From NCBI GenBank assembly GCA_963815115.1, contig CAWFFN010000009.1, positions 1,056,001 to 1,120,000 of the forward strand: a stretch of DNA of 64,000 nucleotides, in the 5' to 3' direction. Both the position numbers and the translations under genes were made by a program. Shown in pieces: positions 58,804 to 64,000 of this stretch. Position 1 is the stretch's first letter. Each line of letters starts with the position of its first letter. The DNA is from an uncultured delta proteobacterium. GTDB taxonomy: Bacteria; Desulfobacterota; Binatia; DP-6. Under the pieces are notes generated by a model. That model was not told the origin of the DNA. It searched no databases and saw nothing but the letters and a program-made list of their open reading frames with translations.

Positions 58804-60447
58804 GTGATGTCCGCTGTCGGCTCGACGGCGCTCGTGCCGGACAGGTCACCCGCGCGACTGTCCGGGCGGACGGTCGTCTGGATCGCGACCGTCGGTCTGC
58901 TGCCGCTCGTCGAGCTGGCGCTCTTGAGCGCCTGCTTCGATGCCAGTGCGCTCGGCGCGCGAGGGGGATGGCTTGCGCATGCGATCGGGGATTCGGGCAC
59001 CCTGGTTCGCGCGGCGGTCCCCGTGCTCGCTGCCGCGCTGCTCGTCGCTGCCGCGCGGCTGCCGTCGCTGCGGCCTGCTCTCCGCGCGGCATACGGCGCG
59101 AGCCCGCGTCCCTGGGACGCGTTGCTGGGCCACCTCGCGCTCTTCGGAGTCGTCGTCTGGCTGAGCACCGCCGTCTTCGGGGAGGGCCGACCGGGCGCAA
59201 CCGTCCTGATCGCGTGGCTGCTCGCATGCGTCACCGCGGCGGCGCTCTGGTTCGCCGCCCTGATCCCCGGCGTGGCGAGCGGCGGCGCGCCGTCGCTGCT
59301 CGGTGGTACGCTCGTTGCCGGCGCGGGACTCGGCCTGCTCGCCGCCGGCGCCGCTTCCGTGACCCGCGACTGGTGGCAGCCGCTCGGCCGGTCGACGCTC
59401 TGGCTGGTCGCAGCGATGCTCCGCGCCTCCGGGCTCGAGGTCGGAAGCGATCCCGCGCAGTTCCTGGTCGGAACGCCGACGTTCGTCGTCGAGATCACCG
59501 AGTTCTGCTCCGGCTATCAGGGCATCGGCCTGATGTGGACATTCCTGGGGGCGTATCTTTGGCTCTTCCGGACCCGGCTCCGCTTTCCCCGCGCGCTCTG
59601 GCTGCTGCCGCTCGGCACGGTGCTGGCGTGGGTCCTCAACGCATTCCGGATCGCCGCCCTGGTCGTGATCGGAAGCAATGGTCACGAGGATATCGCCGTC
59701 GGCGGCTTCCACTACCACGCCGGGACGCTGCTCTTCTGTGCGGCCGCGCTCGGCCTCGCCTCCTGGGCAGGGTCGTCGCGCACCTTCTGCACGGACGTCG
59801 AGCCGGAGCGACGGTACGAGAACCCGACTGCCGCATACGTGATGCCGTTCGTCGCGCTCCTCGCGACGTCGCTGCTGACGGGCGCTGCGTCTCGTGGCGG
59901 CTTCGACCTTCTCTATGGTGCGCGCGTGGTGGTCGCCGCGGGCGTCGTGTGGCACTTCCGCGAGCGCCTCGCGACGGCCGGCTGGCGCCCATCGTGGGCG
60001 GGAGCCTGCCTCGGCGTCGCCGCCTTCGCGATCTGGCTGCTGCTCGCGGGAACTGGCGAGCCTGGCGGCGCGCTCGCGGACGGCCTCTCGGGTCTCGATC
60101 CGTTGACCCGCGGACTCTGGCTGGCGCTCCGTCTCGTGGGTTCGATCGCCGTCGTCCCGCTCGTCGAGGAGCTCGCGTTTCGCGGATATCTCGCCCGCCG
60201 GCTCACCTCGGTCGACTTCGAGACCGTGCCGCTGAGCCGGGTCGGCTGGCTCGCGCTGCTCGGCTCGGCGCTCCTCTTCGGCCTGCTGCACCGCGCGGTC
60301 CTGGCCGGCACCGCCGCCGGTGTCGTCTACGGGCTGGCGGCTCGCCGCCGCGGCCGCATCGGCGACGCCGTGGTCGCCCACGCGGTCACCAACGCGTTGC
60401 TCGCAAGCACGGTTCTCGCCACCGGACGCTGGACTCTCTGGCAGTGA
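58804..60447 (+). CDS. xrtE: Exosortase E / CAAX (Abi) protease fusion, VPEID-CTERM system
   Basis: Exosortase residues EFCSGYQG, NAFRI, FHYHAG; Abi motifs PLVEELAFRG, FGLLH, AHAVTN; adjacent PEID-CTERM target. Confidence 0.88.
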   Translation: MMSAVGSTALVPDRSPARLSGRTVVWIATVGLLPLVELALLSACFDASALGARGGWLAHAIGDSGTLVRAAVPVLAAALLVAAARLPSLRPALRAAYGASPRPWDALLGHLALFGVVVWLSTAVFGEGRPGATVLIAWLLACVTAAALWFAALIPGVASGGAPSLLGGTLVAGAGLGLLAAGAASVTRDWWQPLGRSTLWLVAAMLRASGLEVGSDPAQFLVGTPTFVVEITEFCSGYQGIGLMWTFLGAYLWLFRTRLRFPRALWLLPLGTVLAWVLNAFRIAALVVIGSNGHEDIAVGGFHYHAGTLLFCAAALGLASWAGSSRTFCTDVEPERRYENPTAAYVMPFVALLATSLLTGAASRGGFDLLYGARVVVAAGVVWHFRERLATAGWRPSWAGACLGVAAFAIWLLLAGTGEPGGALADGLSGLDPLTRGLWLALRLVGSIAVVPLVEELAFRGYLARRLTSVDFETVPLSRVGWLALLGSALLFGLLHRAVLAGTAAGVVYGLAARRRGRIGDAVVAHAVTNALLASTVLATGRWTLWQ

Positions 60448-60453
60448 CCCCGG

Positions 60454-61050
60454 TCACCCGGCCGGTGCGGCGACGCGGCCGCCGTGGTCGGGCAGGTCGA
60501 GCCACGCGCGCAGCACGCGGTCGTCGCCGGCGAGCTCGGGGTGGAACGTCGCCGCCCAGATCGGCCCCTCGCGCACCAGCACCGGATCGCCTCCCTCGCG
60601 CGCGAGCACCGTGACGCCGGGGCCGACGCGGCGGATGCGGGGTGCGCGGATGAACACGCCGAGGGTTCCCGCGAGCGGACCCGCGCCGTCGAGCGGCGCC
60701 GCGAACGAGTCGATCTGCGTGCCGTAGGCATTGCGCTCGACGTCGATGTCGAGCGCGCCGAAGGAGCGTTGCGGCGGATTCAGCACCCGGCGCGCGAGCA
60801 GGATGGCCCCGGCGCAGGTGCCGAGGACCGGACGCCCCGAGCGCAGGAACGCGGTGAGCGGCTCCTCGAGGCCGTCGCGGTCGATGCCGCGCAGCATGGC
60901 GGTCGATTCGCCGCCCGGGAGGACGAGCCCGTCCGCCGCGTCGAGATCGCCCGGCTTGCGGACGGCGACGGTGGCGGCGCCGAGGCGTCCGAGCGCGCGC
61001 CGGTGCGCCGCGAAATCGCCCTGCAGCGCGAGTACGCCGATCGTCACCAT
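60454..61050 (-). CDS. pdxT: PLP synthase glutaminase subunit
   Basis: GVLALQG, LPGGEST, GTCAG, RNAYG.Q..SF, FIRAP, FHPE. Confidence 0.95.
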   Translation of the reverse strand: MVTIGVLALQGDFAAHRRALGRLGAATVAVRKPGDLDAADGLVLPGGESTAMLRGIDRDGLEEPLTAFLRSGRPVLGTCAGAILLARRVLNPPQRSFGALDIDVERNAYGTQIDSFAAPLDGAGPLAGTLGVFIRAPRIRRVGPGVTVLAREGGDPVLVREGPIWAATFHPELAGDDRVLRAWLDLPDHGGRVAAPAG

Positions 61051-61925
61051 CCGCGTCCGGCCAGCCGCGCCACCTCCGGGATCGCCTCCATGGCCAGTCC
61101 CGGCATCGGCTTGCCGAGCCCGCGCGACGCGGCCAGCACCTCCGCCGCATCCTGCCAGTGGGTCGTCGCGTGCACGATGGCCCGCGCGCGTGCCGCGGGG
61201 TCGTCCGACTTGAACACCCCGGAGCCGACGAACACGGATTCGGCGCCGAGCGCCATGCAGAGGGCGGCATCGGAGGGCGTGGCGACGCCGCCGGCGGCGA
61301 ACAGCGGCACCGGCAGCCGCCCGGCGCCCGCGACCTCGACCACGAGCTCGTAGGGCGCGCCGAGCTGCTTGGCGTGGGTCATGCGCTCCTCGGGCGCGGC
61401 CGTGACCAGGGCCTGCATCTCGCGACGGATCTGGCGCAGGTGGCGGACCGCCTCCACGATGTTGCCGCTTCCGGCCTCGCCCTTGCTCCGGATCATCGCG
61501 GCTCCCTCGCCGATGCGGCGGAGCGCCTCGCCGAGCCCGCGCGCGCCACACACGAACGGCACCCGGAAGGCGTGCTTGTCGATGTGGTACTCGTCGTCCG
61601 CCGGGGTGAGGACCTCGCTCTCGTCGACGAAGTCGACACCGAGCTGCTCGAGCACCCGGGCCTCCACCAGGTGTCCGATGCGGCACTTCGCCATCACCGG
61701 GATCGACACCGCCGCGCGCACCTCCTCGATGCGCTCGACCGCCGCCATGCGGGCCACCCCGCCTTCGCTGCGGATGTCGGCCGGCACCCGCTCGAGCGCC
61801 ATGACCGCCGCCGCGCCGGCGTCCTCGGCGATGCGCGCCTGGTCGGCGGATGTGACGTCGAGGATGACGCCGCCCTTCAACATCTCGGCCAGCGCGGTCT
61901 TCAGGTGCTGGGTCTCATCGGTCAT
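61044..61925 (-). CDS. pdxS: PLP synthase lyase subunit
   Basis: [61 protein letters not shown]. Confidence 0.96.
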   Translation of the reverse strand: MTDETQHLKTALAEMLKGGVILDVTSADQARIAEDAGAAAVMALERVPADIRSEGGVARMAAVERIEEVRAAVSIPVMAKCRIGHLVEARVLEQLGVDFVDESEVLTPADDEYHIDKHAFRVPFVCGARGLGEALRRIGEGAAMIRSKGEAGSGNIVEAVRHLRQIRREMQALVTAAPEERMTHAKQLGAPYELVVEVAGAGRLPVPLFAAGGVATPSDAALCMALGAESVFVGSGVFKSDDPAARARAIVHATTHWQDAAEVLAASRGLGKPMPGLAMEAIPEVARLAGRGW

Positions 61926-61943
61926 GACGGAGCCTCCTTCGGG

Positions 61944-63452
61944 TCAGACGTGGATACCGGCGCGCTCGACGCCGGCCGGGCGCGGCCGGCGCAGCCGGGG
62001 CAGCGCGGCGCGCGCCGCCTCGCCGAGGGCGCGGACCGCTCGCTCGATCTGCTCGGGCGCCGCCGCCCCGACCACCAGCCGCAGGGACGACGAGCGGCGC
62101 CGGTCGGGGAAGAACAGCATCCCCGGCGAGTAGACGACCCCGCGCCGCTTGGCCTCGGGCAGGAGCGCCATGGCGTCGAGCGGCTCGGGGAGCGTCACCC
62201 ACACCGCCAGGCCGCCGTCCGGTCGCGTGACGACGGTGCCGCGCGGGAGATGGCGCTCGAGCGCCGCGGCGGCGCGGGCGTGACGGGTCTCCAGCTCGCG
62301 GACCATGCGGCGCAGGTGGCGGTCGTAGCCGCCGGCGCGGCAGAAGCACGCCACCGCGGCCTGCGCGAGCGGGCTCGACGCCAGGTCCATGGCGCGCTTG
62401 AGGGCGGTCGCGGCGTCGGCCACGGCCGGCGCCGCCACCAGCCAGCCCACGCGTGGTCCGGGGAACAGCGCCTTCGAGAAGGTGCCGACGTACGTCACCT
62501 GTCCGCTGCGATCGAGCGCGCGGAGCGAGGGGACGTCGCGGCCGCGGAAGCGGAGGTCTTTCTGGAACTCGTCCTCGAGCACGGGCACGCCGTGGCGGGA
62601 CACGATGGCGAGGAGCCGCCGGCGATGCTCGAGCGTGGTGGTGACGCCGGTCGGATTCTGGAAGGTCGGCATCGTGCAGACCAGGCGCACGCCGCCGCCC
62701 GCGAGCACGCGGTCGAGCGCGTCGAGGTCGAGGCCGTCGGCGGCCAGCGGCACGGGAACGGGGCGGAGGCCGAGCGAGACGAGCGTGGCGAGGAGCCCGG
62801 GATAGGTGGGCGACTCGACCGCGACGGCATCCCCGGGATCGCAGAAGGCGCGAGCCGCGAGCGCCAGCGCCTGGGTCGATCCGCCCGTCACCAGCACCTC
62901 GTCGGGATCCGCTTCGATGCCCGCGTGGGCCAGGCGTTCCACCAGCACGAGGCGCATGTCCTCGTGGCCGCGTGGATCGCCGTAGTCGAGCAGCGCGGTT
63001 CCCTCGTCGCGCAGGGCGGACTCCAGCGCGCGGCGGTAGCCGTCGAGCGGGTAGAGCGCTGGATCGGGAACCAGGCGCTCGAGGCGGACGGCACCGGGCG
63101 GGGCGGCGTAGTCGAGCGCGGGCAGCGAGGAGGCGGCGGCCGCCCCTCGTGACAGCGCGGGTGCGAAGCGGTCCTCGCGATGGTCGTCGCCGCCGGCCGA
63201 CCGTCGCCGCGCCGGCGCGAGCGCGAAGGTGCCGCGCCCCACGCCGGACTCGGCGAGGCCGAGCTCGCCGAGCTGGCGATAGGCGCCGGCCACCGTCTCG
63301 CGGTTGACGCCGAGGGCTCGCGCGAGGTCGCGGATGGCCGGCAGGCGTGCGCCCGGCGGGACGCGGCCGGCTTCGATGCTGCGCCGCAGGTAGTCGACGA
63401 GCTGGCGATGGACCGGCGGCGAGCCGGGCCGGCGCTCCAGCGGGATGATCAC
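61944..63452 (-). CDS. MocR/GabR family PLP-dependent regulator (PdxR-like by context)
   Basis: GntR wHTH (GARLPAIRDLARALGVNRETV) plus aminotransferase domain (FQNPTG, TFSKALFPG.R.GW). Confidence 0.9.
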   Translation of the reverse strand: MIIPLERRPGSPPVHRQLVDYLRRSIEAGRVPPGARLPAIRDLARALGVNRETVAGAYRQLGELGLAESGVGRGTFALAPARRRSAGGDDHREDRFAPALSRGAAAASSLPALDYAAPPGAVRLERLVPDPALYPLDGYRRALESALRDEGTALLDYGDPRGHEDMRLVLVERLAHAGIEADPDEVLVTGGSTQALALAARAFCDPGDAVAVESPTYPGLLATLVSLGLRPVPVPLAADGLDLDALDRVLAGGGVRLVCTMPTFQNPTGVTTTLEHRRRLLAIVSRHGVPVLEDEFQKDLRFRGRDVPSLRALDRSGQVTYVGTFSKALFPGPRVGWLVAAPAVADAATALKRAMDLASSPLAQAAVACFCRAGGYDRHLRRMVRELETRHARAAAALERHLPRGTVVTRPDGGLAVWVTLPEPLDAMALLPEAKRRGVVYSPGMLFFPDRRRSSSLRLVVGAAAPEQIERAVRALGEAARAALPRLRRPRPAGVERAGIHV

Positions 63453-63490
63453 GCGCCGACGGTGCCCTCGATGATTGCCCCGGTCAAGTA

Positions 63491-63536
63491 GGTCAATTGT
63501 CGTAGATACTCACCATGAATTGGCCCTGGCAATCCA
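63491..63536. promoter_or_regulatory. Probable MocR-type operator
   Basis: GGTCAATT-N19-AATTGGCC imperfect inverted repeat in a locally AT-rich stretch upstream of the regulator. Confidence 0.45.
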
Positions 63537-63648
63537 TGACCGCCGGGGCAGACCGGTCCTCGTCCCCGATCGATCGACCCGCGACCCGTCCGCGCCTTGC
63601 ACTGCGACGGGGCCGCGTCGTAGCTTGCCCGCCCTTCGAGGAGGATCG

Positions 63649-64000
63649 ATGGTCGGGATCACCGCGTACGGGGCCTACGTCCCCATGCTCCGCCTGCCGC
63701 TGGCCGCGATCGGCGGCGGATCGCCCAAGCCGGGTGGTCCGGAGAAGGCGGTAGCCAACTGGGACGAGGACTCCGTCACGATGGGCGTGGCGGCGGCCAT
63801 CGACTGCCTGCGCGGCATCGATCGGTCGGGCGTCGACGCGGTCGTCTTCGCCTCCACGTCCCATCCCTTCAAGGAGAAGCAGGGAGCGGCCCTCATCGCG
63901 AAGGCGCTCGACCTGCGCCGCGACGTGCACACGGCCGACCTCGGCGACACCCTGCGCGGCGGGACCAGCGCGCTGCGCGCCGCCGTCGACGCCGTCAAGG
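63649..64000 (+). CDS. HMG-CoA synthase-like (thiolase-fold) protein, truncated by window end
   Basis: GAGGAGG SD; MVGITAYGAYVP.LRL, EKAVANWDEDSVTM, FASTSHPFKEKQ, LRGGTSAL. Confidence 0.82.
   Translation, partial: MVGITAYGAYVPMLRLPLAAIGGGSPKPGGPEKAVANWDEDSVTMGVAAAIDCLRGIDRSGVDAVVFASTSHPFKEKQGAALIAKALDLRRDVHTADLGDTLRGGTSALRAAVDAVK

Noticed and set aside
1-64000. tRNA, rRNA or known riboswitches
   Set aside because: Intergenic regions are short and I recognised no cloverleaf or known aptamer consensus; a covariance-model scan is needed to exclude them

Overview
High-GC (roughly 70% by eye) bacterial chromosomal DNA, densely coding, about 50 CDSs. I found no rRNA, tRNA, CRISPR array, integrase or transposase. 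The gene content suggests a Binatota/deltaproteobacterial-type genome (inference only): many acyl-CoA dehydrogenases, CaiB CoA-transferases, crotonases, a YCF48-RND-DUF1329 cluster, SBBP and Cys-rich secreted proteins, and exosortase E. Recognisable genes: otsB, hydantoinase/oxoprolinase A and B, hrpB, rmuC, aqpZ, lhr-nei, pdxR-pdxS-pdxT, xrtE and four type II toxin-antitoxin modules. Five conserved genes are broken by frameshifts that mostly look like single-base insertion errors. Most interesting items: (1) A 34.9-44.5 kb module in which a large P-loop NTPase/helical-repeat regulator faces three secreted-protein genes. Two of these genes carry near-identical ~130-bp leaders (direct repeats, an SD-hiding hairpin, and a coupled uORF in one copy), and two of the proteins share a basic helical C-terminal domain. 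(2) A dedicated exosortase E/CAAX-protease fusion next to a micro-protein whose predicted mature cargo is only ~15 aa and begins WWPWWWDW. (3) A three-module TA cluster, including a HicB with an unusual N-terminal domain and a clear operator. (4) A Baeyer-Villiger monooxygenase-esterase fusion. (5) Many promoters placed directly before start codons, suggesting leaderless mRNAs. Family assignments come from motif recognition, not database searches.
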